This document shows, piece after piece, positions 39,950 through 49,164 of a stretch of 64,000 bases of DNA. The notes below the pieces were generated by a model that did not search any database, was not told the origin of the DNA, and was given only the letters and a program-made list of their open reading frames with translations. The DNA lies in IMG/VR virus record IMGVR_UViG_3300010401_000003, positions 1-64,000 of that record. One strand, 5' to 3'. Source of the DNA: a virus. The position numbers and the translations under genes are program-made. The first letter of the stretch is position 1. Each line of letters begins with the position of its first letter.

Positions 39950-39955
39950 GGAACA

Positions 39956-40576
39956 TCACCTCAAGAGCAGGGCAGCAAGACCGAGCACCGCGCCGACGAT
40001 CGCAAGGACGCCCACCGCCCCAATGCCCTCCGAGCTCGGCGCTGACGTGATCGGCGCGGGCGGCGCCGGTAGGGGCGTCTGATTCGTCGGAACCGGAACC
40101 GGGATCGGTACGGGCACCGGAACTGGTTGAGGTTGCGTGCGCGGACCGCAGGCCGCGAGACAGGTCGCGAGATTCGCGAGATCGCCCGCGTACTTCTGTT
40201 GACACGCAAGCGCGCAGTTGACGGATGGCGCCGGAACTTGGCCGGGATTGATGACGCCCTTTTCCACGCCCCATTGCAGAAGCGCCTGGAGATGCTCGGG
40301 CTTCAGATCGATCCAGGTGTACGAGCCGGGCGCGGGGAAGACCGCGGGCTGCTTGTTGTTGGCCTTCCACCAATTGGCGAAGCAGGCGAGCGCGTTTCCA
40401 TCGCGCGTTTTCCACGTGGTCGGATCGACGTCGTCCGGCTCGAGGCCGTAGCCGGTGACGCAATTGTTGCCGTCGGTTGCCACGAACGAAGCGAGCAACG
40501 CCTTGGCTTGCGCGTTCGAGGGCGCGTCGAGAGCACCCAAGAAGTCGACTTTCTTTTCTAGCCAGCGCATGCCCAT
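39956..40576 (-). CDS. W-leader C-terminally anchored membrane protein
   Basis: MGMRWLEKKVDFLGAL; Cys helical hairpin; PV repeat; TM. Confidence 0.75.
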   Translation of the reverse strand: MGMRWLEKKVDFLGALDAPSNAQAKALLASFVATDGNNCVTGYGLEPDDVDPTTWKTRDGNALACFANWWKANNKQPAVFPAPGSYTWIDLKPEHLQALLQWGVEKGVINPGQVPAPSVNCALACQQKYAGDLANLATCLAACGPRTQPQPVPVPVPIPVPVPTNQTPLPAPPAPITSAPSSEGIGAVGVLAIVGAVLGLAALLLR

Positions 40577-40579
40577 GAC

Positions 40580-41158
40580 TCACCTCGAGAGAAAGAATGC
40601 CGCGAGGCCGATCACGATACCCGCGATCGCGAGCGCCACGCCGGTGCCGCCGCCGGACGCCGCGGGCGTCGTAGAGCTCGCGGGCGGCGTCGTCGTGCCA
40701 CCACCGCCGCCAGATCCGGGACGGGGGATTTTCTTACCGCCGGGCGTGCCTTGCGTCGTGGGACCGAAGCCGCACTTCTGGCCGCACTGAATCGCGGCGG
40801 CTTTGAGCGCCGCTTCGTCGGTGCCTACCGCTTCTTGCTGGAAGGCGTCCATACATGCGTTGAAGCACGGGCTCACCTTTGCGCCGACCTTCTGCATTTG
40901 CTCGTGGTCGACCAAGATCCCCGCGCCGCACGCTTCGGTCATGCACTGGTTCACGCACGGCCAAATCAGAAGTCCGCCCCAGCCGCCGATGCCGATCGCG
41001 GTGCAGATCGCGTAGCAGGCGTCCTGGTTATAGAGGTTTGCCTGGCACGCGGAAGTGGTCGGCTCGGTGAAAAGTCCGACGCCAACAGGCGCAGCAAGGC
41101 GGCCGTTCCAGCGAACTGAGGAACGCGGGCCGACCTGGCCGCGCCAAGCTACGATCAC
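40580..41158 (-). CDS. W-leader Cys-rich C-terminally anchored protein
   Basis: GTG start IVAWRGQVG..GRLAAPVGVG; CxxxC repeats; TM. Confidence 0.7.
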   Translation of the reverse strand: MIVAWRGQVGPRSSVRWNGRLAAPVGVGLFTEPTTSACQANLYNQDACYAICTAIGIGGWGGLLIWPCVNQCMTEACGAGILVDHEQMQKVGAKVSPCFNACMDAFQQEAVGTDEAALKAAAIQCGQKCGFGPTTQGTPGGKKIPRPGSGGGGGTTTPPASSTTPAASGGGTGVALAIAGIVIGLAAFFLSR

Positions 41159-41526
41159 GGGTTTGCTCTCATGTGCCCGCGTCCGCCCGCGAACATGATC
41201 GCCGCGGCGACCGCGAGCGCTCCGCCGAGCAACCACACGATCACAGGGACGCCCGCCGTCGCCGACGAGCTCGCGGGCGCGGGGGCCGGCGCGGGAGTCG
41301 GGGTCGGCGTCGGCGCGGGGACCGGAATGCCGGCGTTGATGACTTCGCCGATTTTAGCGGGGAGCTCCGCCGGGGTGAGGCCGCACGCCTTGAGGCACGG
41401 CTCGATGCACGTGAGGAACGGGCGAGCGTTGGCGCACGATTGCGCGCAAAGCGCCTCGCAGTTCGAGAGGGCGCCGAGGCGCCCGTTCGGGCGGAGGGCG
41501 ACTTGTCCTGACCAGGATTGGATCAC
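41155..41526 (-). CDS. W-leader Cys-rich C-terminally anchored protein
   Basis: MIQSWSGQVALRPNGRLGA; CxxxCxxxC; PT/PA linker; TM; ends RANP. Confidence 0.7.
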   Translation of the reverse strand: MIQSWSGQVALRPNGRLGALSNCEALCAQSCANARPFLTCIEPCLKACGLTPAELPAKIGEVINAGIPVPAPTPTPTPAPAPAPASSSATAGVPVIVWLLGGALAVAAAIMFAGGRGHMRANP

Positions 41527-42734
41527 GCTGCCGCCCTTCTACGCTTCGGGGCCGAGCGCCGACGCTTTTGCGAACGAGCTCGCGCCGCGCGCGCGGGCTG
41601 CTTCGGGAGGTTCGGGGCACGCATGCCCAAGAAGATCGCGCCGATGGCCGCGCCGATGCCGAGTAGCCAACCCCATCCGGAGCCGCCACCGATCCCGGCG
41701 GTGGTTGCCGTGGATTCGCAAGATCCGTCAGCTGCGCGCTTGTAACCCGTCGGGCACTTGTCGACGCACGATCCGGACACGCACTCCTTGGTCGGATCGG
41801 TGCACGGCGTTGCGGGCGTGCACTCCGGAGCGGGCGGCGGAGGAGCACCACCGCCGCTTCCCGCTGCGGCTTCGCACTCGTTCAGTTGCTGTTGGATTTG
41901 GTTGACCTGCGCTTGCGCTGCGTTTCGCGCTGACACTTGTCCGGCATATTGCGCGTCGAGAGCTTGGCCGGTGGCCGTGTCTCCGTTTTGATACGCCGCG
42001 ATGCGCGCGGCATCGAGGTCGACGATGTAGCTCTTGATTCCCGCCAGTTTTGCCTTAGCGGCCTGCAACTGAGCATTTAGCGCGTCGCACGCTTCGTTTT
42101 GCCCGAGCCGCCCCTCGCCCGGACCGAACAAGAACGGAACCGGCGGGCGCGTGATGCGCGTCTGAAATTGCGTGGTCGTGACGGTCGTTCCGCCGAACGG
42201 CTGAGTCCCGAACGGGCTCAGCGGGATGCTTCGCCGAAAGAACGACGTGAACGGGAACGGATAGACGAACGGGATCGGATTGGGCGGAGGCGGCTGGTAG
42301 TTTCCGATCGTCGTCTTGACGCCGTCGTAGGTGCAGTACGAGACCGGCTGCATCAGGATGTTGGTCTTGGTGTACGAGCCGCACACGGCCTTGTATTTCC
42401 AGACCGGAGTGGCGCCCGGTGGAATGCCGCCCGGCTGCCACGAGTTGAACGCCTGCGTGATGCCCGCGTAGCCCTGCGCGTGCGTTCGCAGATGCGGCCC
42501 GCTGGTGCCGACGAGCTGGCCGTTGTTGTAAAAGTAGTAGGTCCAGTACTCGAGCTCGTAAGGCGCACCGACGCCTTCCTTCGGTCCGAGCAACTGCTGA
42601 GGCCCGCCGGCTCCGCCGCGATCGTGCAAGAACACCGGCCGGAGATTCGGCGGCATCACCGCGCTGCCGAAGTACGCTCGCGCGCTCGGTCCGGTTTGCG
42701 TCTTCACCGGGTCAATCCATTTCACGAGCGCCAT
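41523..42734 (-). CDS. W-leader membrane protein with coiled coil, EGF-like Cys domain and Arg tail
   Basis: MALVKWIDP; internal GRLGQ; TM WGWLLGIGAAIGAIFLG; RRRSAPKRRR. Confidence 0.7.
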   Translation of the reverse strand: MALVKWIDPVKTQTGPSARAYFGSAVMPPNLRPVFLHDRGGAGGPQQLLGPKEGVGAPYELEYWTYYFYNNGQLVGTSGPHLRTHAQGYAGITQAFNSWQPGGIPPGATPVWKYKAVCGSYTKTNILMQPVSYCTYDGVKTTIGNYQPPPPNPIPFVYPFPFTSFFRRSIPLSPFGTQPFGGTTVTTTQFQTRITRPPVPFLFGPGEGRLGQNEACDALNAQLQAAKAKLAGIKSYIVDLDAARIAAYQNGDTATGQALDAQYAGQVSARNAAQAQVNQIQQQLNECEAAAGSGGGAPPPPAPECTPATPCTDPTKECVSGSCVDKCPTGYKRAADGSCESTATTAGIGGGSGWGWLLGIGAAIGAIFLGMRAPNLPKQPARAARARSQKRRRSAPKRRRAAA

Positions 42735-43624
42735 CAGCGTGGTCCTTTCGGTAAATCTTCGCAGCACGGGAAAAGCTCGACGGCCAAGCCGCCCGCGACT
42801 CGTCCGTAAACGACCGGCAAGGGTGAATCGAGCTCCTCGAAGGCAGAGACGAACTGATCCTCGGGGCGACCGACGCCCGCAGGGATGTTGAGGCCACAAC
42901 GGCTGACCGGATTGGTCTGATGCACCGAGGCGTAGAAGGTCACTCGCCCAGGGCCGAGCACCGGGATCGAGAGCTCGCGCGCCGTCGGGTCGAGATAGCG
43001 CATGTCGCGCCACGTCCCGAGCAGGTCGACGTCAGCGCCAGGCGGGATGCCGGCGCCGGGGGGCTTGTACGGCAGGAACGGCGGCACATAGAGCAACGCC
43101 GCATCCTGGCCGCTCATCGAAGGGCTCGCGCCGTCCGGTTGCGCGGGATCGTTGACCGACTCGGGGGAGAAGCGGTGGGGCTCGTAGCGCAAATGCCAGG
43201 AGATGTTTCCGTCCTGGAAGTGCCAGCCGGGGGAAGTGATCTCGAGCTCGACCGGGACCGGTCCGCACTCGGTGCTGCGCGATTGAGGCACGGTGCGAAT
43301 CGTCGCGTACTGCCAAATGCCGCGGATCACGATCGCGCGCTTCTTGTCGATTTCGACTTGAAGCAACCGAATCAAGTAGCGCTCAGCTTGCGATCGCGTC
43401 GCGTTGTCGGGCACGCGCACGCCAAGCGCGCTCGTGTCTCCCAGCCACGGCGTCGAACCGATGCCGAGCAAGTCGGGATCGAACGACTGCGTGAAGAGCT
43501 CGATCACCGCGCGGCAGTCCCAACGCGGATCGGCGCTCCCCAAAAACGAGGGATGGCCCACGACGCCCGCGCGCTTGGCGCGCTCGGCAGAGAGAGAGAT
43601 TACGGATTTGGCGTTTGCCGACAC
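42734..43624 (-). CDS. Beta-rich structural protein, candidate minor capsid/penton
   Basis: Alternating hydrophobic strands; lies in the operon after the capsid candidate. Confidence 0.4.
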   Translation of the reverse strand: MSANAKSVISLSAERAKRAGVVGHPSFLGSADPRWDCRAVIELFTQSFDPDLLGIGSTPWLGDTSALGVRVPDNATRSQAERYLIRLLQVEIDKKRAIVIRGIWQYATIRTVPQSRSTECGPVPVELEITSPGWHFQDGNISWHLRYEPHRFSPESVNDPAQPDGASPSMSGQDAALLYVPPFLPYKPPGAGIPPGADVDLLGTWRDMRYLDPTARELSIPVLGPGRVTFYASVHQTNPVSRCGLNIPAGVGRPEDQFVSAFEELDSPLPVVYGRVAGGLAVELFPCCEDLPKGPR

Positions 43625-43638
43625 GGGCTATTCCCCTT

Positions 43639-44352
43639 TCAGGGGCAGCCCGGCCCCAAATCCCTCGGAGCGAAAACGCCCTCTGCCTGGAGCTCGTCGA
43701 TGATCTGCGTGAAGTCGCAGCCGTTGTAGAGACCGGTCGGAAGCCGCGTCCCGTGAAAGGTGATAATCGCCTCGGTCGGTACTTCGTCGGCTTGAAGAGT
43801 GCGGAGGTTCGTGAAGAGGGCGTCGAAGGTGGCTGAGCACTTCAAGACCAGGCCGGCGGGGCAGACGCACTCGAAGACCGCTTCGATGTTCTCGAGGGGG
43901 GTCGGCTCGGTGTTGATCAGGTAGTTGCAGAACGAGTGGATGATGAGCGAGTTCAGGTCGATGTTGGGGTTCAGGCGATTGAAGTAATCGGACTGAGCCT
44001 TCCAGATCGATCCTGCCGCGAAGTTCGGGCGGCGCACCGTGTAGGTGACGCGCCGGATCCAAATGTCGCTTTCGACCGTGCCGAGCATCTGACCCAGCAC
44101 GGGCTTGTCCGCCGTGGTCGCATCCCAACGCGCTTTCACGCTGAGCATCACCCAGCCGTTGGTCTCGGTCACCAGCCAGCCGTCGCCAGCCATGCGGTAG
44201 CCGAGACCCTTTTTCGCGGCCTGCAAGAGCGTGTGCGCCAGCCGTGGCTCTTGGAGGGCGATCCCTCCGAGCCATTGCGGCGCCGCCGCTCGGCGCGCCC
44301 GGGCGAGCGCGGCCGAAACCTCGTCGCCCGGAGCTGTGTTGGGTGCGTTCAC
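43639..44352 (-). CDS. Beta-rich structural protein, candidate second jelly-roll capsid protein
   Basis: DIWIRRVTYTV, GLVLKCSATFDALF, AIITFHG strands. Confidence 0.4.
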   Translation of the reverse strand: MNAPNTAPGDEVSAALARARRAAAPQWLGGIALQEPRLAHTLLQAAKKGLGYRMAGDGWLVTETNGWVMLSVKARWDATTADKPVLGQMLGTVESDIWIRRVTYTVRRPNFAAGSIWKAQSDYFNRLNPNIDLNSLIIHSFCNYLINTEPTPLENIEAVFECVCPAGLVLKCSATFDALFTNLRTLQADEVPTEAIITFHGTRLPTGLYNGCDFTQIIDELQAEGVFAPRDLGPGCP

Positions 44353-44393
44353 TGGAGTGTGGCCTTGCCGATGACCTTACTTACCCGACGACC

Positions 44394-45578
44394 TTACTTC
44401 GCCGAGGCGAGGAGGTTGTCGAATTGCTTCTTGACGTCTTCCGGCAGGCCGTTCAGGGCGCCGCGGTTCGCGATGAGCTTGCTCGTCAGGTACGAGCCGA
44501 TGCCCACCTGCTGGTAGAGCATTTCGAGCGCGCTTCCCGAGGTCACTCCCGCGAGGTACTCCACGCAAGCCGCCGGCACGAGGTCGTAGCCCGCGAGGAC
44601 CGCGCCGATCGTGAAACAGCCACCCGGCACCGTGTAGATCCCGGCGTTGCCCGAGCCGCACTCGAGCGTGTCCGTGAACTGGCTGCTCGGCAGAGTCGGA
44701 GTGGCGCAGTCGAGGACCGCGTCGCGCCGCATCGCCGGGAAGAAGCAGCAATCACCCTCGACGCGCGTGAAACGGACGTCGATGGTCATGCCGGGCAACC
44801 AAAGGATCGGGAACGGCAGCGGATAGCAGCGGTTCGAGATGCCCTTGGTGTGCTGGCTTCCCCACATCGCTTCCGCAGTCGGCGCGGGCATGCACTCGCT
44901 ACCAGCGGCGGTGTTCTGGGGGATGAATTGCTTGTTGCAACCCTTGGCCACGAGCACGTCGTTGACGTCGCGATTGAACGGAGTCGTCGAGATGAGCGAG
45001 GTGCCGCTCCCGACGAATTCCATGGTCGCTCCGACGAGACCCATGACGTGGGCCGCTTCCTCGAAAATCTGGAAATGCCGTCCGATGAACATCGAGACGC
45101 GGTACGCCTGGAAGAACTTCTCGATGATGTTCCAGGTCGGGTAACCCCATGCGAGCACCGCGTTGTGCTCGTCGAGCGCGCCGGTGCATCCGGTCACGCA
45201 AGGGGTCGGTCCGCCCGAGGCGACCACGTTCTTCATGACGCCCGTGAGCGCGAAGCCCTGGCCCTCTGCGGTCGCCAAGATGCCGAAGCCCATCATGAGG
45301 AACGGAGTCTCGACGGTCGTCCCGCGCGAGAGATTGGTCTGGCGACCCGGGCACGCTTGCGGCTGGTCGAGCGTGAAGAGTCGGATTTCCCCGGGGAATG
45401 CCGCGTCGAATTCCTCGGGCGTCATCGGCAGTTGGTACTGCGCGATGTCGTAGAGGCGAGCGGTCAAGCGCGAGAGCGGGCTCTTGCCGGCCGTGATCTG
45501 GCCGAGGATGCCGCCCTTGTGGGTCGGCTCGATCTGCGAAAACTGCTTGTGGTCTGCCTTGATAACTTCGGTCGCCAT
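44394..45578 (-). CDS. Candidate major capsid protein (jelly-roll type)
   Basis: Strongly biased codon usage; beta-strand pattern LYD..IRLFT..TNL..PFLMMGFGI and YPLPFPILWLPGMTIDVRF; no HK97 features recognised; inferred from position and pattern. Confidence 0.5.
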   Translation of the reverse strand: MATEVIKADHKQFSQIEPTHKGGILGQITAGKSPLSRLTARLYDIAQYQLPMTPEEFDAAFPGEIRLFTLDQPQACPGRQTNLSRGTTVETPFLMMGFGILATAEGQGFALTGVMKNVVASGGPTPCVTGCTGALDEHNAVLAWGYPTWNIIEKFFQAYRVSMFIGRHFQIFEEAAHVMGLVGATMEFVGSGTSLISTTPFNRDVNDVLVAKGCNKQFIPQNTAAGSECMPAPTAEAMWGSQHTKGISNRCYPLPFPILWLPGMTIDVRFTRVEGDCCFFPAMRRDAVLDCATPTLPSSQFTDTLECGSGNAGIYTVPGGCFTIGAVLAGYDLVPAACVEYLAGVTSGSALEMLYQQVGIGSYLTSKLIANRGALNGLPEDVKKQFDNLLASAK

Positions 45579-45680
45579 TTTCTTTATCGATCCTTTTTCA
45601 GCGGGGCCGGCCGGTGTACGTGCGCGGGCGACCCCGATGAATAAACGTGTTGGAGCAAACTTTTTGGTGAATTTTCGCGA

Positions 45681-47531
45681 TCAGACTTCTTGCGGCGCTT
45701 CGTCCATGTTCCAGAAGGAAATGGTCCCGGAGGGTCGCTGACGAGCAACAACCTTCTCGGGCTGTTGCGGCTGGCCGTTCGCCTTTTCAGGGGCGGCGCC
45801 GGCCATCGTTCCGGCGGCGGTCATGACCGTCGTCGTGGGGGGCGTGATCAACACACGCTCCGGGCCGCCAGGAATGGGAGCGATGGTCTCGGTGACGACC
45901 GTGCCCGAGGGGACATACGGAGTCGACGGAACGAGCGGCACACCGGCGGGGACTCCGCCTTTGCGCTGTTCGACCACCAAGCACATGCCGTACGGCAAGC
46001 GCACCGAGTTTCCGACCACCCAGTAGGTGTCCGGAGTGCCACCATTCATGGCGGAGACTGCGTCGATCGAGACACCACCGGCGGCGGCGATTTCGGCGAG
46101 ATCATCGCCGACTTCCACCTCGTAGGTGCACTCGGTGTACGGGCGGTAGCTGTCGCCACAGCCCGGACAGAGCGATTGGCAGTCGCTGTAGCAACCGTCT
46201 TTTCCACCGCACGATTGGCAGTTTCCAAGACGGTTCGTTTGGAGGAACGTCCGCGGATTTTGGCCGGAACCCACACTGCCCGCGGGGTCAGTTAGGGCTT
46301 GCGCTTTTCCCTGGGGGTTTGCTCCCAAGACCGCGAGGTTGGTCGTCTGGTCGCCGAGGGGCGAGTTGATCTGAGACGCTTCCCCTTGCTGGCCCGCCGA
46401 AAGCGAGGGCACCGTCGCCCAAGCCTTGAACGACGCATCGATCGCCTTCTGCACCGAGTCCTGCTCGAGTGCGTACATGCGATTCGCGAAGGACATCGGC
46501 TTCGCCGGGTCGACCTTCAGGATTGCCGGCATCAGGTACCAGTTAGCGAGCTTGAGGAGCGCGTTCGAGCCGAAGCCGAGCGCGATACCCGAAGCGAGCC
46601 ACGGGATGATGCCGCGACCGCGCGTCCAAGCTGCGAGGCCGAGGGCGACGACGCCGCCCACAACCTGCACGCCGAGGCGCGTGGCGTCCGGCCGGCGGTA
46701 GATCGCGGCAGCCGCGTCTGCGCCGTACCAGGCATTTTTGCCGTCCTTCGGCTTCATGGTCGCGACGACGCGATCCACGAAGTCGGCGACCAAGAGCCCG
46801 ATCGCCACGCCGGCCGCAGCCGTGCCGTACCGAACGAGGTTTTCTCGGGTGTAGGGGCTCGCGGGATTCGAGAGAAGCCCGCCGATCCCGGGATTTTCGA
46901 GCATGGCCATTTCGCGGCGGGTCAAACCACCGGCGAATTTGCCGCTGCGCGTACGTTTGTACTTGCAGGGCGGGCAACGCCGACGCGAAGACCGGCGGCG
47001 CGAAGCCGCTCGAGTCGTCCGGCGACGCTTCCGGCCTCCACCGTGGCGGCGTTTCCGCCACCCCTTCCGGGCCGCTCGAGCATGCCGGCGGGGCTGACCC
47101 GGCCAGGCGTTCTCGAGGGTCACGGTGGTCGGATTTTCGTTCTGGGCCGCGGCGGCCGCTCGGCGCCGCTTCGGGCGTCGGCGTGCCTTTCGGCGGCGGC
47201 GGCGGTTCTCTTCGTACCGCCCACGATTGTCCGCGACGCGGCGACGCTTGGCGTAGCGACGCTTTCGCGGATTGGCCGAGGCGCTCGCAGCGGCGCGGCG
47301 GCGACGGCCACCACGCTTCTTGCGACGAGCGGCTTGCGCCTTTCGGATGTTCTTTCGAGCAGCAGCGATCTGAGCGCGAGTTGCCATCTTGTTCTCTTCG
47401 TGGGCCTTCAGCGCGTCAGCACGACGCGGCGATTTGATGCCAGGATTTTCGAGGTAACGAGCGATTTGCGCTTTTACGCGCAAAGCGACTTTCGTCGGCT
47501 CCGCACACGCACACGCCACGTTTCTCGCCAT
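45681..47531 (-). CDS. Arg-rich core-like membrane protein with LysM domain (alternative start 47387)
   Basis: ~200-aa protamine-like N-terminal region punctuated by ENP/ENA, 2-3 hydrophobic helices, CxxC cluster, LysM TYEVEVGDDLAEIA..VSIDAVSAMN..VGNSVRLP (45993-46130). Confidence 0.8.
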   Translation of the reverse strand: MARNVACACAEPTKVALRVKAQIARYLENPGIKSPRRADALKAHEENKMATRAQIAAARKNIRKAQAARRKKRGGRRRRAAASASANPRKRRYAKRRRVADNRGRYEENRRRRRKARRRPKRRRAAAAAQNENPTTVTLENAWPGQPRRHARAARKGWRKRRHGGGRKRRRTTRAASRRRSSRRRCPPCKYKRTRSGKFAGGLTRREMAMLENPGIGGLLSNPASPYTRENLVRYGTAAAGVAIGLLVADFVDRVVATMKPKDGKNAWYGADAAAAIYRRPDATRLGVQVVGGVVALGLAAWTRGRGIIPWLASGIALGFGSNALLKLANWYLMPAILKVDPAKPMSFANRMYALEQDSVQKAIDASFKAWATVPSLSAGQQGEASQINSPLGDQTTNLAVLGANPQGKAQALTDPAGSVGSGQNPRTFLQTNRLGNCQSCGGKDGCYSDCQSLCPGCGDSYRPYTECTYEVEVGDDLAEIAAAGGVSIDAVSAMNGGTPDTYWVVGNSVRLPYGMCLVVEQRKGGVPAGVPLVPSTPYVPSGTVVTETIAPIPGGPERVLITPPTTTVMTAAGTMAGAAPEKANGQPQQPEKVVARQRPSGTISFWNMDEAPQEV

Positions 47532-47542
47532 GCACGAAAAGA

Positions 47543-48130
47543 TTATGGCCAGCGAAATCCGTGCTCGTCAACAATACAGCCGCGCGGAAGCGGCAAACGC
47601 CACCCCAAAGTGCGCTTGCTATAACGCACCTCAACGGGCGGATCGTATTCGTGCTCGAACGGCTTGTCGAAGCCCGGACGCCGATAGCGAATGAGACGCA
47701 CGCGCGCTAAGCGCGCCCACGGTCCCTCGGGAATTTCCACCGATCCGTAAGTGAGAGGAAGTGGGCGGTCGTTCTGATCGACGAAGTACTTTTCTGCGTC
47801 ATCGAGCACGTCGCCAGGTGCGTTTTTCGCACCTCCTCCGCGCGCTCGAACAATATACAAATCGCACCGGTCCAAAAGTGCGCCGGTCGTGTCGTGCACG
47901 AGCACATACCCCCGCGGGAAGGTCACGTCGGCCGCCGGCATGCGCGGTTCCCAGAAGACTTCGCGCTCTCCGTTTGGACCGGTCGCGCGCACGATGCGGC
48001 GCGCGCCGGAGTTTCGCACGCGTTCGACGGACACGAATTGGATGTTCGTGCCGCGCACGATCATGTGGTGCGTGTAACACGCACCGGTCGTGCAATCTTC
48101 AGCTTCGACGATGCGGCCGGAGTCCGTCAT
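47543..48130 (-). CDS. Hypothetical protein in the structural operon
   Basis: TAATG-coupled ORF. Confidence 0.6.
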   Translation of the reverse strand: MTDSGRIVEAEDCTTGACYTHHMIVRGTNIQFVSVERVRNSGARRIVRATGPNGEREVFWEPRMPAADVTFPRGYVLVHDTTGALLDRCDLYIVRARGGGAKNAPGDVLDDAEKYFVDQNDRPLPLTYGSVEIPEGPWARLARVRLIRYRRPGFDKPFEHEYDPPVEVRYSKRTLGWRLPLPRGCIVDEHGFRWP

Positions 48131-48996
48131 TAGGCCGCTCGCGCCAATTGACGACTCGGCGGAAGCGCGCGCGAGCTCGAGCGCGCACCCGCAGGCGGCA
48201 CCAAGCGCACGAGTGCGTAAAGCACACCGAGACCGAGCGCGACCAGCGCGACGGTCTTAATCGTGTTCGTGATGTCGGTAGTGGGCTGACTGCCGGCTTT
48301 GATTTGCTCGACCTTCTGCGCGCGCACCGCAGCGGCGCCGGTGTAGATCGATTGATTGAGCTTCGCGGCTTGGTCGGGCGTGCATTTTCCGGTCGTCACG
48401 CACTCGTAGGATTTTTCCGCGATCGTGCGCATCGTCTTTTGCTCGGCGACGTCAGTGATGTTGTTGACCGCTTTCTCGACCGCCCAGTACGCGGGCAGAG
48501 CGAGCACCGTGACGCCCAAGGTGGTAGCCCACACGATCGCGGGCACTCCGACTTGCCCTTGCACGTGCGTTTGCTCACCCGCGGGATTCACGATGATCGG
48601 CACGTCGCCATTGAGCGCCAAGCGCACGACGTCCGATGAGAGCCCCTCGATTTCGAATTGATTCTTTTCCGTGTTCCAAGCGACTTTGCGCTTTCCGGCG
48701 ATCGCGTCGTTTAGGGCGTCGGTGATGATCTTCACCATCGCCATCGCGTCGACTGCGTTCTGATCGAGATCCGAAGACCACGCCGACGCGCTCGACATGC
48801 CCGGGACGGCGCCACCCTCCGGGCCGGCGCCGTCGACCAGGAACGGCAGGCCGAGATTCTGCCGGACCGTCTTTAGCCCGGTGTAGGCGGCGACAGCTCG
48901 CGTCCACGAGCCTTGCAGGTTGTCGCGGAGCGCCGTGAGGTACGCTTCCCAGGCTTTTTCGTCGGCCGGCTGGCCCAGCCATCGCAGCTTTTTCAT
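48130..48996 (-). CDS. W-leader membrane protein (2 TM)
   Basis: MKKLRWLGQ; TMs AIVWATTLGVTVLALPAYW and VALVALGLGVLYALV. Confidence 0.7.
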   Translation of the reverse strand: MKKLRWLGQPADEKAWEAYLTALRDNLQGSWTRAVAAYTGLKTVRQNLGLPFLVDGAGPEGGAVPGMSSASAWSSDLDQNAVDAMAMVKIITDALNDAIAGKRKVAWNTEKNQFEIEGLSSDVVRLALNGDVPIIVNPAGEQTHVQGQVGVPAIVWATTLGVTVLALPAYWAVEKAVNNITDVAEQKTMRTIAEKSYECVTTGKCTPDQAAKLNQSIYTGAAAVRAQKVEQIKAGSQPTTDITNTIKTVALVALGLGVLYALVRLVPPAGARSSSRALPPSRQLARAA

Positions 48997-49164
48997 TTGT
49001 TGAGTCTCGCTCGGTAGATGTTGATTGCCAGGGAAGTCGCTGAAATCAGCAGGCCCACGATCGCAAACCACTCGATCCGCGAGAGCCTATGGCCGTCGCC
49101 CGGGATTTCCTCGGGAGCGGCGGAAACCTGACCGGACCAGCGCAAAATGGCCATCGCTCGCCCT

